Counted from the first letter of the stretch, positions 1-11,494 are shown. The stretch is DNA of 64,000 nucleotides from an uncultured Alphaproteobacteria bacterium (GCA_902607475.1 CACLKH010000002.1:20872-84871), one strand, 5' to 3'. Notes: generated by a model not told the origin, from the letters alone. Numbers and translations: made by a program.

Positions 1-1
1 T

Positions 2-1204
2 GCTACAAAATTTTTTAAAGAAGTTTTATTTGATGCTGAGCATTTTTTTGATGGATTTAAATCAAAAAAAGAATATGCATTAGATTGTATTAAAGTAGCA
101 AATACTTCTGGAGCTAGTTGGGTAGTTCTTTGTGATACCAATGGAGGTACATTACCAAATCAAGTTGAGGAAATTGTAAAAGAAGTTTCTTTGCATATAC
201 CTGGAAATAAATTAGGTATTCATTGTCATAATGATACAGAAAACGCAGTAGCAAATACATTGGCAGCTGTTAGATCAGGAGCAAGGCAAGTTCAAGGAAC
301 TTTTAATGGATTAGGAGAAAGATGTGGAAATGCAAATTTAACCACCATTATACCTACATTAATTTTAAAAATGGGATTAGAAACTTCGATTAGTAAAAAA
401 AAATTAAAAGATTTAACTAAAATATCAAAATTTATTGATGAAAGACTTTTAAGAAAGAATAATTCATCTCTTCCTTATGTTGGCGAATCTGCTTTTGCAC
501 ATAAAGGAGGACTTCATGCTTCAGGTATCCAAAAACATGCAAAAACTTATGAACATATTGAACCTGAGATAGTTGGAAATAAAAGAAATATTATTGTTTC
601 TAATCAATCAGGAAAATCAAGTTTGTCAATTAAACTAAAAGAGCTCAGATTTAAAGTAAATAATAAACAACTTGATTTTTTAATTAAAAAATTGAAGAAA
701 AAAGAGTTCGAAGGTTATTCATATGATGGCGCAGAGGCAAGTTTTGAGCTTTTTATAATGAGAGAACTAACTAAGGTGCCAGATTATTTTAAATTAAAAT
801 CTTTTCAAGTTATCAATGAATATAAAGATTTAAAAGATAACTTAGAAGCAAATAATACTGCTAAAGCAAATGTGGTTGTTAAAGTAAACAAAGAATATTT
901 TTCTAATTCGATTGGTAATGGCCCTGTTAATGCATTGGATAATGCTTTAAGAAGTGTTTTAATTAAATCATATCCTACTTTAAAGAAAATGAATTTAATA
1001 GATTATAAAGTTAGAATACTTACGCCAGATGAAGGGACAAAAGCAATAACCAGAGTTATTATTGAAAGTTCTGATGAAAACAAAAAAAACTGGTCAACAG
1101 TTGGCGTTTCTTCTAATGTTATTAACGCTTCATACATAGCATTAAAAGAAAGTATTACTTATAAATTAATTAAATCAAAAATTAAATCAGCTTTTGAAAA
1201 GTAA
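2..1204 (+). CDS. cimA: Citramalate synthase / 2-isopropylmalate synthase family protein (CimA-like), 5' end cut by the window edge
   Basis: The frame of ORF 191..1204 stays open back to nt 2 (..FDAEHFFDGF..LCDTNGG..). HCHNDTENAVANTLAAV and GLGERCGNANL are LeuA/HMGL-like family motifs, followed by a C-terminal LeuA-dimer-type regulatory domain. Confidence 0.8.
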   Translation, partial: ATKFFKEVLFDAEHFFDGFKSKKEYALDCIKVANTSGASWVVLCDTNGGTLPNQVEEIVKEVSLHIPGNKLGIHCHNDTENAVANTLAAVRSGARQVQGTFNGLGERCGNANLTTIIPTLILKMGLETSISKKKLKDLTKISKFIDERLLRKNNSSLPYVGESAFAHKGGLHASGIQKHAKTYEHIEPEIVGNKRNIIVSNQSGKSSLSIKLKELRFKVNNKQLDFLIKKLKKKEFEGYSYDGAEASFELFIMRELTKVPDYFKLKSFQVINEYKDLKDNLEANNTAKANVVVKVNKEYFSNSIGNGPVNALDNALRSVLIKSYPTLKKMNLIDYKVRILTPDEGTKAITRVIIESSDENKKNWSTVGVSSNVINASYIALKESITYKLIKSKIKSAFEK

Positions 1205-1904
1205 AAAAAATTTTTCTCCAATAATAATTTTATTCGAGCCACAACTGGAAGAAAACATTGGTGCTACAGCAAGAGCAATGCTCAATTTTAATTTTCATAA
1301 TATTAGAATAATTAAAAAGGGATGGAAGCCTAGCAAAGTTACTTTTAAAAATTCAGCAAAAGCAGATGAGATTTTAAAAAATGCAAAAGTATTTAACAAT
1401 TTAGAAGATGCAATTAATGACTTGCATTATATTTTTGCAACTTCTAATAGAAAAAGAGATTTAAATACCGATGTTGTTAATTTAAAAAAAGGGGCAAGAA
1501 TTATAAATAATTACAAAAATTTTAAGGTCGGAATATTATTTGGGCCTGAGAGAAGCGGTTTAACTAACGAAGCGATTTCATTATCTGATAAAATTATTGA
1601 AATACCGTTAAATAAAAATTTTAAATCACTTAATTTGGCGCAAAGTGTACTTTTAGTTGTTTATGAATTATTTAATTTGAATTTATATAACATTAATTCT
1701 GTAAAGAAAAAAAAAACTAAAAAAAAAGAACTGCTTATTTTTTTTAAAGTTTTACAAAATTATTTAGAAAAAGTAAATTTTTTTAAGGTTAAAGAAAAAA
1801 AGAAAATTATGATGAGAAATATTAAAGCAATTTTTAATAAAGCAGAATTAACTGAAAAAGAAGTAAAAATTCTTTTAGGAATTATAAAAAATTTAACAAA
1901 ATAA
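1194..1904 (+). CDS. SpoU/TrmH-family RNA 2'-O-methyltransferase (TrmJ-like)
   Basis: LFEPQLEENIGATARAM N-terminus, GPERSGL and LNLAQSV motifs typical of SPOUT methyltransferases. Apparent TTG start overlaps the cimA-like stop. Confidence 0.8.
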   Translation: MKSKKNFSPIIILFEPQLEENIGATARAMLNFNFHNIRIIKKGWKPSKVTFKNSAKADEILKNAKVFNNLEDAINDLHYIFATSNRKRDLNTDVVNLKKGARIINNYKNFKVGILFGPERSGLTNEAISLSDKIIEIPLNKNFKSLNLAQSVLLVVYELFNLNLYNINSVKKKKTKKKELLIFFKVLQNYLEKVNFFKVKEKKKIMMRNIKAIFNKAELTEKEVKILLGIIKNLTK

Positions 1905-1961
1905 AAAATGTTAATTTATTGACAATTTATGTTTTTTTTAATATTCCTATAACCAAAATAA

Positions 1962-2576
1962 ATGAGTATAAGAAAAAAACCAAAATATAAAATTGATAGA
2001 CAATTAGGTGTTAACCTTTGGGGTAGACCTAAAAGCCCATATAACAAAAGAGAAACTAGACCGGGAGAACATGGCCAAAAAAATAGAAAACCTTCAAATT
2101 ATGCATTGCAATTATCTGCAAAACAAAAATTAAAAAAATATTATGGATATGTTACTGAAAGACAATTTAAAAAATATTATATGCAAGCGTCTGCTGGCAA
2201 AGGAGATTCTGGTCAAATTCTAATCCAATTACTTGAAAGAAGACTTGATTCAGTATTATATAGAATGAAATTTGCTCCAACAATATTTGCTTCGAGACAA
2301 TTTATTTCCCACGGCCATGTAAGAGTTAATGATAAAAAAATTAATATTCCTTCTTATAAAGTAAAGGATGGAGATCAAATTTCTTTAGTAGAAAAGTTTA
2401 AACAAGTTCCATCTGTTATTCTAGCTGTCCAATCTAAAGATAGAGACGTTCCAGAATATTTAACTGTTGATTATATAAAAATGAAAGGTGTTTTTGTTAA
2501 GACTCCAACATTAAAGGATGTGCCGTACCCAGTAGAAATGGAACCCAATTTAGTTGTAGAGTTTTATTCTAGATAA
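1962..2576 (+). CDS. rpsD: 30S ribosomal protein S4
   Basis: 204 aa. KLSNYALQL-type N-terminus, [11 protein letters not shown] and [15 protein letters not shown]4-domain motifs. Confidence 0.97.
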   Translation: MSIRKKPKYKIDRQLGVNLWGRPKSPYNKRETRPGEHGQKNRKPSNYALQLSAKQKLKKYYGYVTERQFKKYYMQASAGKGDSGQILIQLLERRLDSVLYRMKFAPTIFASRQFISHGHVRVNDKKINIPSYKVKDGDQISLVEKFKQVPSVILAVQSKDRDVPEYLTVDYIKMKGVFVKTPTLKDVPYPVEMEPNLVVEFYSR

Positions 2577-2578
2577 AA

Positions 2579-2917
2579 TTAAATCTTTACGTCAATACCT
2601 TTAGTGTTAAATAATTCTAACAATTCTCCACTTTCAAACATTTCTTTTATTATATCGCAACCACCAACGAACTCTCCTTTAATATATAATTGAGGAAAAG
2701 TAGGCCAATTAGTAAATTTTTTCATATTTTCTTTAAAATCATCATCATGAAGGACATCTACATCAATATATTTAACATTCATTTTATTAAGAATTTGTAC
2801 AACATGAGCCGAAAAACCACAACCTGGCATATCTTTTGTACCTTTCATAAATAAAACAATATCATTAGTTTTAATTGTTTCTTTTGCTTCTTCCACATTT
2901 TGAATAGTTATTGTCAT
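2579..2917 (-). CDS. grxD: Monothiol glutaredoxin (Grx4 family)
   Basis: 112 aa with a CGFS active site (PGCGFS) and WPTFPQLYIKGEFVGGCDI. Confidence 0.93.
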   Translation of the reverse strand: MTITIQNVEEAKETIKTNDIVLFMKGTKDMPGCGFSAHVVQILNKMNVKYIDVDVLHDDDFKENMKKFTNWPTFPQLYIKGEFVGGCDIIKEMFESGELLELFNTKGIDVKI

Positions 2918-3147
2918 TTTTCCTCCATTGTTTTTATTGATAATGCATGTAATTCTTCTTTTAGTTCCTCACTTAGACTATTATAAACCATTTTATGTTG
3001 TTCTAGTCTAGTTTTTCCATTAAATTCTTTCGAAGTTATTTCTGCAGAGAAATGATTATTATCTCCAACTAAATCTTTAATAACAACTTTAGCATCTGGA
3101 ATTTTTTTTTTTATTAAACTCTCAATATCTTTAATATTCATTGCCAT
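2914..3147 (-). CDS. bolA: BolA family protein
   Basis: 77 aa with the BolA pattern (..HFSAEITSKEFNGKTRLEQHKMVY..LHALSIKT). 4-nt overlap with grxD, the usual BolA-Grx pairing. Confidence 0.85.
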   Translation of the reverse strand: MAMNIKDIESLIKKKIPDAKVVIKDLVGDNNHFSAEITSKEFNGKTRLEQHKMVYNSLSEELKEELHALSIKTMEEK

Positions 3148-5361
3148 TTAATTATTTATATAGTTAAAAAAATTATTTTCAAAATTATTTTTTAATTCAT
3201 TTAATTTAATTATTTGATTATTAATATTTAAGTAATTTCTTTTCATTATCCCAATTTTAAATAAACTTACTTTATTTTTTTTTGCTAATTCCTTTACTTT
3301 TTCTTCGTTATTAATAATTACAATATAATTGCCAGCATTTTCACCAAATAATATTTGGTAAAATATTTGGTTGTTATTAGTATTATTTGTAAAACTTTCT
3401 TTGATTTCAACACCAAATTGTTTATTAATTAACATTTTTAACAACGATATAATTGTTCCCCCGCTCGATACATCATTACAATATTTTATTAAGTTATTTT
3501 TAAATAAATTTAAAACGAAGTTTCCATTTTTTATTTCTTCATTATAATTTATTGGCGGAGGAGGACCAAGATTTTTATTATTTTTTAAAATAATTCTTTC
3601 TAAAAAACTTGAGCAAGAAATATTATTTGTTTTTTTTCCAATTAAATAAATTTTATCATTTTCTTTTATTAAACTTTTTTTATTTCTAGAGTTTGTATTT
3701 TTTATTAAGCCAATCATCCCAATAACAGGAGTCGGTGAAATTCCAATTTTATTTGTTTCATTGTAAAGAGATACATTACCAGAAATAACTGGAAGGGAAT
3801 ATTTTTTACATGAATTTATTATTCCCTTAACGCTCATAACAAATTGACCCATAATATTTTTATCTTCTGGATTACCAAAATTTAAATTATTTGTAATTGC
3901 TAAAGGGACTGCTCCTGTAGAAATAATATTCCTCCTTGCTTCACTCACTGCATGGATAGTACCAATAAATGGATCATATTTACAATAATTTGAGTTGCAA
4001 TCAGTTGTCATTGCTAAAGATTTTTTTGTACCGTGAACTCTTACAATCGCAGCACCGTAACTTGGAGGTTTAATCGTATCACACATAACCATGTGATCAT
4101 ATTGTTCCCATATCCACTTTTTACTTGTTAAATTTGGACTTTTTAACAATTCAAAAATTACTTCTTTAACCTTATTTTTTTTTGGGAAAACAAATTTCTT
4201 TATTTTTTTAACTTTTTTGGGTTTTACCCAAGGTCTTTTATATTCAGGAGTATTTTTTTCAGTTAATGCAATAGGAATATCAGCAATTACGCTATTATCT
4301 TTTTTTATTATCATCTTTTTAGAATTTGTAATCTTTCCAATTACCGACATATCCAGATCCCATTTATCAAAAATTTTTTTTGCTTTTTTTTCACAACCTT
4401 TTTTTAGAATAATAAGCATACGCTCTTGGCTTTCTGATAGCATTATTTCATATGGACTCATATTTTTTTCTCTTAAAGGAATTTTATTTATATTTAATTC
4501 GATTCCACAATTACCCTTTGCAGCCATTTCAAAAGATGAACAAGTTAACCCGGCAGCACCCATATCTTGAATTGCAACAATCATATTTGTTTGCATTAAT
4601 TCAAGACAAGCCTCCATTACAAGTTTTTCAGTAAATGGATCTCCAACTTGTACTGTAGGTTTTTTTTGTTTTGAGTTATCGTCAAACTCAGCTGATGCCA
4701 TAGTTGCGCCATGAATACCATCTTTACCTGTTTTAGCACCCACGTAGATAATAGGATTGTTAATTCCAGCTGCTTTAGAAAAAAAAAGTTTATTTTTTTT
4801 CGCTACACCAACTGCCATTGCATTAACTAAAATATTCTTATTATAATCTTCATTAAAATAGCATTCACCTCCTACTGTTGGAATACCCATACAATTTCCA
4901 TAATTTGAAATTCCTGAAACAACACCAGATAAAAGATATTTTTGTTTTTTTTGTTTTATATCGCCAAATCTTAAAGAGTCTAATATTGCTATCGGTCTTG
5001 CACCCATTGTAAAAATATCTCTTAAAATTCCGCCAACTCCAGTAGCAGCTCCTTGAAAAGGTTCAAGATAAGATGGGTGATTATGACTCTCAATTTTAAA
5101 AACTATAGAGTCATTATCGCCTATATCTATAATTCCTGCATTTTCACCAGGTCCACAAATTACTATTTTTGATTTAGACGGCAGTTGTTTTAACCATTTT
5201 TTGGAAGATTTATAACTACAGTGTTCGCTCCACATTACAGAATAAATTCCAAGTTCAAGCAAGTTTGGTTCTCTTTTCAAAATTTCTGTTATTTTTTTGT
5301 ATTCAAGATTATTTAGATTATGAATATTAAGTAGTTCTTTTAGATTATTTAATTTGTCCAA
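3148..5361 (-). CDS. purL: Phosphoribosylformylglycinamidine synthase subunit PurL
   Basis: 737 aa. [15 protein letters not shown] and DMGAAGL motifs. Sits in a purL-purQ-purS-purC-purB run. Confidence 0.97.
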   Translation of the reverse strand: MDKLNNLKELLNIHNLNNLEYKKITEILKREPNLLELGIYSVMWSEHCSYKSSKKWLKQLPSKSKIVICGPGENAGIIDIGDNDSIVFKIESHNHPSYLEPFQGAATGVGGILRDIFTMGARPIAILDSLRFGDIKQKKQKYLLSGVVSGISNYGNCMGIPTVGGECYFNEDYNKNILVNAMAVGVAKKNKLFFSKAAGINNPIIYVGAKTGKDGIHGATMASAEFDDNSKQKKPTVQVGDPFTEKLVMEACLELMQTNMIVAIQDMGAAGLTCSSFEMAAKGNCGIELNINKIPLREKNMSPYEIMLSESQERMLIILKKGCEKKAKKIFDKWDLDMSVIGKITNSKKMIIKKDNSVIADIPIALTEKNTPEYKRPWVKPKKVKKIKKFVFPKKNKVKEVIFELLKSPNLTSKKWIWEQYDHMVMCDTIKPPSYGAAIVRVHGTKKSLAMTTDCNSNYCKYDPFIGTIHAVSEARRNIISTGAVPLAITNNLNFGNPEDKNIMGQFVMSVKGIINSCKKYSLPVISGNVSLYNETNKIGISPTPVIGMIGLIKNTNSRNKKSLIKENDKIYLIGKKTNNISCSSFLERIILKNNKNLGPPPPINYNEEIKNGNFVLNLFKNNLIKYCNDVSSGGTIISLLKMLINKQFGVEIKESFTNNTNNNQIFYQILFGENAGNYIVIINNEEKVKELAKKNKVSLFKIGIMKRNYLNINNQIIKLNELKNNFENNFFNYINN

Positions 5362-5362
5362 T

Positions 5363-6052
5363 TTAATTTATACTTTCAAAAATACTTCTAAAAAATTTAA
5401 TACCATTTTCTCCACCTAAAAGTTCTTCTGAACATCTTTCAGGATGAGGCATCATGCCTAAAACATTTCCTTTCAAATTTACAATCCCAGCAATATTCAT
5501 TATCGATCCATTAGGATTATAATTATTTTTTACATTTCCATTATCATTACAATATTGAAAAATTATTTGATTATTATTTTCTAATTCTTTTAAAGTTTCT
5601 TTACTACAGTAATACCTTCCCTCCATATGCGCTATAGGGACATTAATAATTTCATTTAATTTATATTTTTTTGAGACAAAAGTATTATTATTCTTAACTT
5701 TTAAATAAATTTTTTTACAAATAAATTTTAGATTTTCATTTTGTAAAAGTGAGCCAGGTAACATTTTGCTTTCAGTTAAGATTTGAAATCCATTACATAT
5801 TCCAATTATTTTTGTACCATTCTGGGATCTCTTTTTAATTTCCTTCATAATCGGCGAATGTGAACCAATTGCACCACATCTAAGATAGTCTCCATAAGAG
5901 AAACCTCCTGGTAAAATAATTAAATCATAATTTGTAAAATTTTTTTCCTTATGCCAAATATAATCAGGCTTTTTTCCGCATATATTTTTTATGGCCCAAG
6001 AAATATCCCTATCACAATTGGATCCAGGAAATACAACTATTGCTACTTTCAT
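5363..6052 (-). CDS. purQ: Phosphoribosylformylglycinamidine synthase glutaminase subunit PurQ
   Basis: 229 aa class-I glutamine amidotransferase (GICNGFQ, MPHPER). Confidence 0.95.
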   Translation of the reverse strand: MKVAIVVFPGSNCDRDISWAIKNICGKKPDYIWHKEKNFTNYDLIILPGGFSYGDYLRCGAIGSHSPIMKEIKKRSQNGTKIIGICNGFQILTESKMLPGSLLQNENLKFICKKIYLKVKNNNTFVSKKYKLNEIINVPIAHMEGRYYCSKETLKELENNNQIIFQYCNDNGNVKNNYNPNGSIMNIAGIVNLKGNVLGMMPHPERCSEELLGGENGIKFFRSIFESIN

Positions 6053-6055
6053 TAT

Positions 6056-6298
6056 TTATTTTAAAAACTTAATTTTATATTTTTCAGTTAAAGAATTAGT
6101 CAAAACATCTTCACACATTTTTTCTATATTCTTTTTTTCTTTATTTGACGAACTTGTATTTAAATCAATTTCAATTAACTTTCCTTGTCTTACACTTTTT
6201 ACATTTTTAAATCCAAGACTATTTAATGATTTTTTTATTGTGTTGCCTTGAGGATCTAAAATTGCATCTCTAAGCATTACTTCGATCTTAATCTTCAT
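6056..6298 (-). CDS. purS: Phosphoribosylformylglycinamidine synthase subunit PurS
   Basis: 80 aa. V.LR..ILDPQG pattern, positioned between purC and purQ. Confidence 0.85.
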   Translation of the reverse strand: MKIKIEVMLRDAILDPQGNTIKKSLNSLGFKNVKSVRQGKLIEIDLNTSSSNKEKKNIEKMCEDVLTNSLTEKYKIKFLK

Positions 6299-7185
6299 TT
6301 TATAAACTCTTTTGTTAATTCTGTTACAAGTTGATACTTGTTTGCAACTTGAGATAAATCTTCGCCATCTCTAAAAGATTGTTTATCTAATTGGTTTCCA
6401 GGATTGCCACCTGGCCAAATACGCCAGCTATCATTATCAACAACATCAGATAGTACTAAAAGTTTATCTTTTGATCGAAAACCTAACTCAAATTTTATAT
6501 CTACGAGGTGTACAGGACCATCATTAGTAGAAATGTTTTTCCAACTTTTTTCTATAGCTTTAAAGGAGGGAATAACAATTTTATTAATAGCACTGTCTAT
6601 TTCTTGTGGATTAAGCAAGATTTTAGAAGTCATTAAAGCTTCGCCTTTAATGGGGTCTTTTGCTGAATATAATTCCCATTGATCTCCAAGCTTGATATAT
6701 GGATCTGTATATACGCCATCAGCCCATTTACCATCTACTAAATATTTTTCTCTAGCTTCATTTTCATCCATTTGTATAGGCTTATCTACATTAGGTGGCA
6801 TTACAACAGCATGTTTGTGAAATATTTCCCATACAGGCTCTTTAAAACAAAAAGGTTCTCCCTTATTATCGTAGTCTGGGTTACGTTTTAAGTAACTACC
6901 AAAAGCATAACGCCTAACTACAAATTCAAGTGGTAACATATTACATTCTTCATGTAGCATTGTGTTTGGCGATGTTAGGTCAATAAAAGATGTAGGTATA
7001 TTATTTTTCCCAAGCATTTTAAATACATTCGATGCTTGTATTGTTTTTTGTATTCCAATATCAGTCAGTTCTTCTTTTTTAGCGGCATCCCCACCTGTTA
7101 AAAAATCTTTTGAAATCATATTAATTGTAAAAGGTTTATCACCCTTTTTAATTAATTTTGTTTTACCTTCAACTAAAGTAGTCAT
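6295..7185 (-). CDS. purC: Phosphoribosylaminoimidazole-succinocarboxamide synthase (long form)
   Basis: 296 aa. EGKTK start motif, LPLEFVVRRY, DIKFELG. In the pur gene run. Confidence 0.9.
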   Translation of the reverse strand: MTTLVEGKTKLIKKGDKPFTINMISKDFLTGGDAAKKEELTDIGIQKTIQASNVFKMLGKNNIPTSFIDLTSPNTMLHEECNMLPLEFVVRRYAFGSYLKRNPDYDNKGEPFCFKEPVWEIFHKHAVVMPPNVDKPIQMDENEAREKYLVDGKWADGVYTDPYIKLGDQWELYSAKDPIKGEALMTSKILLNPQEIDSAINKIVIPSFKAIEKSWKNISTNDGPVHLVDIKFELGFRSKDKLLVLSDVVDNDSWRIWPGGNPGNQLDKQSFRDGEDLSQVANKYQLVTELTKEFIK

Positions 7186-7237
7186 ATTTGGATATTTTAT
7201 ATTATTTTTTTAAAACAAAAAAATATTTATATATTAC

Positions 7238-8536
7238 TCAAACTTTAAAAACTTTTGAGAAAATATAGTCAATTTTTTTCAAATAATTCTTTTCATTAAA
7301 AAGTTTTTTAAGTTCAGAATCACTTATTATGCCGTTAATTCTTTTATCTTTCTTTATTACATCTAAAAAATTCTCTTTAGTTTTCCATACAGTCATAGAA
7401 TTTTTTTGGACTATATCATAAGCTACTTGTCTATCTACTCCTTTTTTTTCTATAAGTTCTAGCAATAAAGCTTGTGAAAAAACTAAGCCATTTAATAAAT
7501 TTAAGTTTTTTTTCATATTTTCAGGATATATTTTTAAATTTGAAATTAAATTAGTTAACCTAGTAAGAGCAAAATTAAGTCCAATTGTAACATCAGGAGC
7601 CAAAATTCTTTCAACAGACGAATGCGATATATCTCTTTCATGCCAAAGTGCAATATTTTCAAGCATAGGTACAACAGAAGATCTGATATATCTAGAAAGA
7701 CCTGTTAAATTTTCAGATAGAACTGGATTTTTTTTATGAGGCATTGCAGAAGACCCTTTTTGGGTTTTAGAAAAGAATTCCTCAACTTCTCTTACTTCTG
7801 TTCTTTGTAAATGTCTTATTTCAATTGCAATTCTTTCAATAGAACTTGCTATAATTGCAAAAACTGAGAATAAATGAGCGTGTCTGTCTCTTGGAATTAT
7901 TTGAGTTGATATTTTTTCACTTTTCAAACCTAATTTTTTAGCTACAAAATTTTCAATTGCTGGATTAATAGTTGCATAAGTTCCTACCGCTCCTGAAATT
8001 GCACAAATTGATACATCTTCTAAAGCAATTTTTAGTCTATTAAGATTTCTTTCCATCTCAGCAAAAAAACTTGCTATTTTTAAACCAAAAGTAGTAGGTT
8101 CCGCATGTATTCCATGGGTTCTGCCTAAACAAATAGTTTTTTTATATTTTTTAGCTTTTATTTTTAGAGCTTTTAAAAGATTTTTTAAATCATTGATTAT
8201 AATTTCAGTTGCCTGTTTAAGCTGTAAAGAAAAAGCTGTATCAATAATATCTGAAGAAGTAACTCCTTGATGTATATATCTAGAACTTTTCCCAACTTTT
8301 TTTGAGACACTATTTAAAAAAGCTATTACTTCATGATGTGTTTTTTCATCTAACTTTTCAATATCTTTTACATCAATTTTTGATTTATTTTTAATAAGTA
8401 AAAAATCTTTTTTTGGTATTTTTTTATCAATGCAAAGCTTTTCACATATAGCTATTTCTATTTTAAGCCAGATTTCATATCTGTTTTTATCAGACCAAAT
8501 GGAAGAAATTTTTTCGTTAGAGTATCTAGGTATCAT
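7238..8536 (-). CDS. purB: Adenylosuccinate lyase
   Basis: 432 aa with the fumarate-lyase signature GSSAMPHKKNP, a RYS..ISSIWS start and HERDISHSS. Confidence 0.95.
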   Translation of the reverse strand: MIPRYSNEKISSIWSDKNRYEIWLKIEIAICEKLCIDKKIPKKDFLLIKNKSKIDVKDIEKLDEKTHHEVIAFLNSVSKKVGKSSRYIHQGVTSSDIIDTAFSLQLKQATEIIINDLKNLLKALKIKAKKYKKTICLGRTHGIHAEPTTFGLKIASFFAEMERNLNRLKIALEDVSICAISGAVGTYATINPAIENFVAKKLGLKSEKISTQIIPRDRHAHLFSVFAIIASSIERIAIEIRHLQRTEVREVEEFFSKTQKGSSAMPHKKNPVLSENLTGLSRYIRSSVVPMLENIALWHERDISHSSVERILAPDVTIGLNFALTRLTNLISNLKIYPENMKKNLNLLNGLVFSQALLLELIEKKGVDRQVAYDIVQKNSMTVWKTKENFLDVIKKDKRINGIISDSELKKLFNEKNYLKKIDYIFSKVFKV

Positions 8537-8565
8537 TATTTAATATTGTAACAATTTTTTATATT

Positions 8566-9381
8566 TCAATAAGGAGGTTTATGATAATTTTTTGGCGATA
8601 AAGTAAATATTTCATAACCATTTTTAGTTACACCTATGGTGTGTTCAAATTGAGCAGATAATTTTCTATCTTTTGTTACAGCAGTCCAACCATCGTTTAA
8701 AATTTTTACTTTATCTGTACCTGAGTTAAGCATAGGTTCAATAGTAAAAATCATCCCTTCTTTTAACTTTAAACCATGATCTTTTGTTCCATAATGTAAG
8801 ACACTTGGAGCTTCATGAAAATCCCTACCAATTCCATGACCACAAAAATCTTTCACAATTGAAAAATTATTTTGTTTTGCTATTTGTTCTATTGTATATC
8901 CTATGTCACCTAAAGTTACTCCAGGTTTAGTTTTTTTTATACCTTCCATCATAGATTTATAAGTGACTTCTATTAATTTTTTTGCTTTTACATTTGTAGT
9001 TTCACCCACAATAAACATTCTACTAGTATCTCCATGCCAGCCATCTAATATTACAGTTACATCAATATTTATTATATCTCCTTTATCCAAAATTTTTTTT
9101 GAAGGTATACCGTGACACACAACATGATTAACAGATGTGCATATTGATTTAGGGAAACCGTTATAATTTAAAGGAGCAGGTTGCGCTTTATTATTTACTA
9201 TAAAATTATGACATAATCTATCTAGTTCTTCGGTCATTACTCCTGATTGAACATATTTTGTTATAAAATCTAAAGTTTTAGCTGCAAGATTTCCTGCTTT
9301 TCTCATATGTTTAAAATCCAATGGATTATAAATATTTATTTTTTCTTTTTTTGAATTAGACTTAATCTCAAGATTTGTCAT
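8566..9381 (-). CDS. map: Type I methionine aminopeptidase
   Basis: 271 aa. VCHGIP, DVTV..GWHGD, GHGIG, FTIEP and EHT metal-ligand motifs. Confidence 0.95.
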   Translation of the reverse strand: MTNLEIKSNSKKEKINIYNPLDFKHMRKAGNLAAKTLDFITKYVQSGVMTEELDRLCHNFIVNNKAQPAPLNYNGFPKSICTSVNHVVCHGIPSKKILDKGDIINIDVTVILDGWHGDTSRMFIVGETTNVKAKKLIEVTYKSMMEGIKKTKPGVTLGDIGYTIEQIAKQNNFSIVKDFCGHGIGRDFHEAPSVLHYGTKDHGLKLKEGMIFTIEPMLNSGTDKVKILNDGWTAVTKDRKLSAQFEHTIGVTKNGYEIFTLSPKNYHKPPY

Positions 9382-9407
9382 ATTTGATAACTAAAAATAA
9401 TATTCTA

Positions 9408-10142
9408 ATGAAAAAATTAAAAAATCCAACTGCATGTGTAATTATTATTGGAAATGAAATCTTATCTGGAAGAACTTTAGATACTAATAAACAGTATTTA
9501 TGTAAAGAATTAACTTTAAACGGTATAGATGTTATTGAAGCAAGAGTGATAAAAGATAACAAAAAAGAAATTATAAATACAGTTAATGAGGTAAGAAAAA
9601 AATACAATTATGTTTTTACAACTGGTGGAATAGGACCGACACATGACGATATTACTTCGATTTCAATAGCAAATGCTTTTAAAGTTAAATTAATAAAAAA
9701 CAAAGAAGCACTATTGATACTAAAGAAATTTTATAATTTAAAAAATGAAAAGCTTAATAAAGCAAGACAAAAAATGGCATTAATACCTAAAGGTGCCGAA
9801 CTCCTACATAATCCAGTAACTAAAGCTGCAGGTTTTAGAATAAAAAATGTTTATGTCATGGCAGGCATACCTAAAATTATGATTGCAATGTTTAAAAAAA
9901 TTATAAAGAAAATTAAACATGGCATACCTGAAATATCTAAAACAATCCTAATAAATTTTCCTGAAAGTTGTATCGCTGAAGATTTAGAAATTATTCAAAA
10001 AAAATTTAATAATATTGAAATAGGTAGTTATCCATTTATGAATGGAAAAAAAAAAGGAGTAAATGTAGTTTTAAAAGGTAGAAATTTAAATCAAATTCGT
10101 AGTGCAGAGAAAGAAATAAAAAAAATAATTAAATTATTATAA
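9408..10142 (+). CDS. CinA-like / MoCF-biosynthesis (molybdopterin-binding) domain protein
   Basis: IIIGNEILSGRTLDTNKQYL and TTGGIGPTHDDIT motifs. I prefer the ATG at 9408 (MKKLKNP..) over the track's TTG at 9375, which overlaps the divergent map start. Confidence 0.75.
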   Translation: MKKLKNPTACVIIIGNEILSGRTLDTNKQYLCKELTLNGIDVIEARVIKDNKKEIINTVNEVRKKYNYVFTTGGIGPTHDDITSISIANAFKVKLIKNKEALLILKKFYNLKNEKLNKARQKMALIPKGAELLHNPVTKAAGFRIKNVYVMAGIPKIMIAMFKKIIKKIKHGIPEISKTILINFPESCIAEDLEIIQKKFNNIEIGSYPFMNGKKKGVNVVLKGRNLNQIRSAEKEIKKIIKLL

Positions 10143-11486
10143 ATTTTTTTCAGAAGTATTTTTCGGAAAAAAAGATAGCAACCATCCTATTAAAAACCAG
10201 AAACAAATTGCGTTCCAATTTGAAAAAATATTTAAAGAAGGCATCATTGGTAATAATTTAGGAAATAACGATAACAATATTCCTAAAGCAATAATTTGAT
10301 TTGAAATAATTCTTTTATTTTTAAAAATTTTTTTGCATGTAGTAACAATAAAAAAAATAAAAAGCAACAAACCTATTAATCCAGTTTCAGCTAACCAAGT
10401 TAAATAAAGATTGTGAGGATGGCTTGAACAAGTCGGCTCATAGTGTTTTTTTAATCCTTGATTATAATGGCCTTTCCAAGGAGATACGCCATAACCTGTG
10501 CCCAAATGCCCTTTTGATAAGAATTTATCTTTTTCACATGCAATTCTATAATTCTTTAAGCCTATACCAAAAATAGGGTGGTGCGTAAACATTTTAAATG
10601 CTGTTAATGAAAGCGAGCCATATGCAGAATTACTGTAATTTTTTATTTCTTCAATAGTTTTATAATACGTATTGTCTTTTTTATTATTTACATTAGAACT
10701 GTATAAAAATGTACCTACAAAAAATATTGTAATTGCAAAAATAATAATTTTTTTTTTATTCCAGAAAAAATAAATCATAAACACTACGGAAGATATAAAG
10801 ATTGATAAAATAGATGCTCTATGACCACTTTCAAAAATTAGATAAATATTTATTATTAGGAAAGATAACAATAAAATTAGTAGGAAATTATATGATAATT
10901 TTTTTTTTATCATTTTTAAAACTCCAAGTATTATTGGAAAAATAAAGTATGATAAGAAAATACCTGATTTAGGTGCATCCTTAAATGGCCCTGATAATCT
11001 ATTATGACCACCAGCAAATTTAGGAGACTCAAATAATAATTCTCTTAGTTCACTGTATAATGAATAACCAGCAAATTTCTCAATCAACATTTCAATATTG
11101 ACATACATTAAAGTAATTAACGTACAAAAAATTAATCTATTTATATTTTTTTTGTTATTTAAAAAAAAGAACTGCAGTGAAGCAGCAAAAATTACGAATC
11201 TTACCCAACTAATAGATCTTGAAAATGCTAACTCTACGTTATAAGCAAAAAAACTTGTAATTATTAACCAAAAATATATTGCTAAGCAAATTTTTACCCA
11301 GGGCTCTTTTAACCACAACCAATTATTATTTTTAACAGAGAGAAAAATAAAAAAAAATGATGCACCTACAGCTATAATATCTGCTATTGAATTACTAAAA
11401 ACCAAAACCAAAGGTATTAAACAAATACACCATGAAATTATATTGGAAATTATTAAAATATTATTTTCGTTATTTTTTTGATACAT
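10137..11486 (-). CDS. O-antigen ligase / Wzy_C-family polytopic membrane protein
   Basis: 449 aa with about 10 or more hydrophobic helices and a large loop. Carries the family motif HPHNLYLTWLAETGLIGLLLF. Confidence 0.7.
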   Translation of the reverse strand: MYQKNNENNILIISNIISWCICLIPLVLVFSNSIADIIAVGASFFFIFLSVKNNNWLWLKEPWVKICLAIYFWLIITSFFAYNVELAFSRSISWVRFVIFAASLQFFFLNNKKNINRLIFCTLITLMYVNIEMLIEKFAGYSLYSELRELLFESPKFAGGHNRLSGPFKDAPKSGIFLSYFIFPIILGVLKMIKKKLSYNFLLILLLSFLIINIYLIFESGHRASILSIFISSVVFMIYFFWNKKKIIIFAITIFFVGTFLYSSNVNNKKDNTYYKTIEEIKNYSNSAYGSLSLTAFKMFTHHPIFGIGLKNYRIACEKDKFLSKGHLGTGYGVSPWKGHYNQGLKKHYEPTCSSHPHNLYLTWLAETGLIGLLLFIFFIVTTCKKIFKNKRIISNQIIALGILLSLFPKLLPMMPSLNIFSNWNAICFWFLIGWLLSFFPKNTSEKNL

Positions 11487-11494
11487 ATTTTTTT

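Noticed and set aside
1905-1961. A candidate rpsD promoter with a perfect TTGACA at 1919..1924.
   Set aside because: No acceptable -10 hexamer lies at 16-18 nt spacing (TAATAT is only 14 nt away, TATAAC is 23 nt away). In this composition an isolated hexamer match is not convincing.
4217-4634. Plus-strand ORFs 4217..4570 and 4452..4634 inside purL. Similar antisense ORFs include 5991..6251, 6404..6682, 6962..7213, 9368..9607, 13080..13316, 13533..13721, 13911..14093, 14785..15003, 18281..18469, 20876..21109 and 22085..22282. Others are 23610..23918, 24217..24426, 24886..25080, 26378..26602, 27996..28223, 29162..29458, 30102..30305, 31633..31845, 34003..34203 and 35803..36156. The rest are 47927..48121, 55808..56302, 59015..59218, 61423..61608, 61768..61983, 63202..63411 and 63318..63524.
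   Set aside because: All lie antisense to, or out of frame within, strongly supported genes. They have low-complexity Phe/Leu/Ile/Ser-rich translations with no motifs. They are the shadow ORFs expected in AT-rich DNA, where stop codons are depleted opposite real codons.
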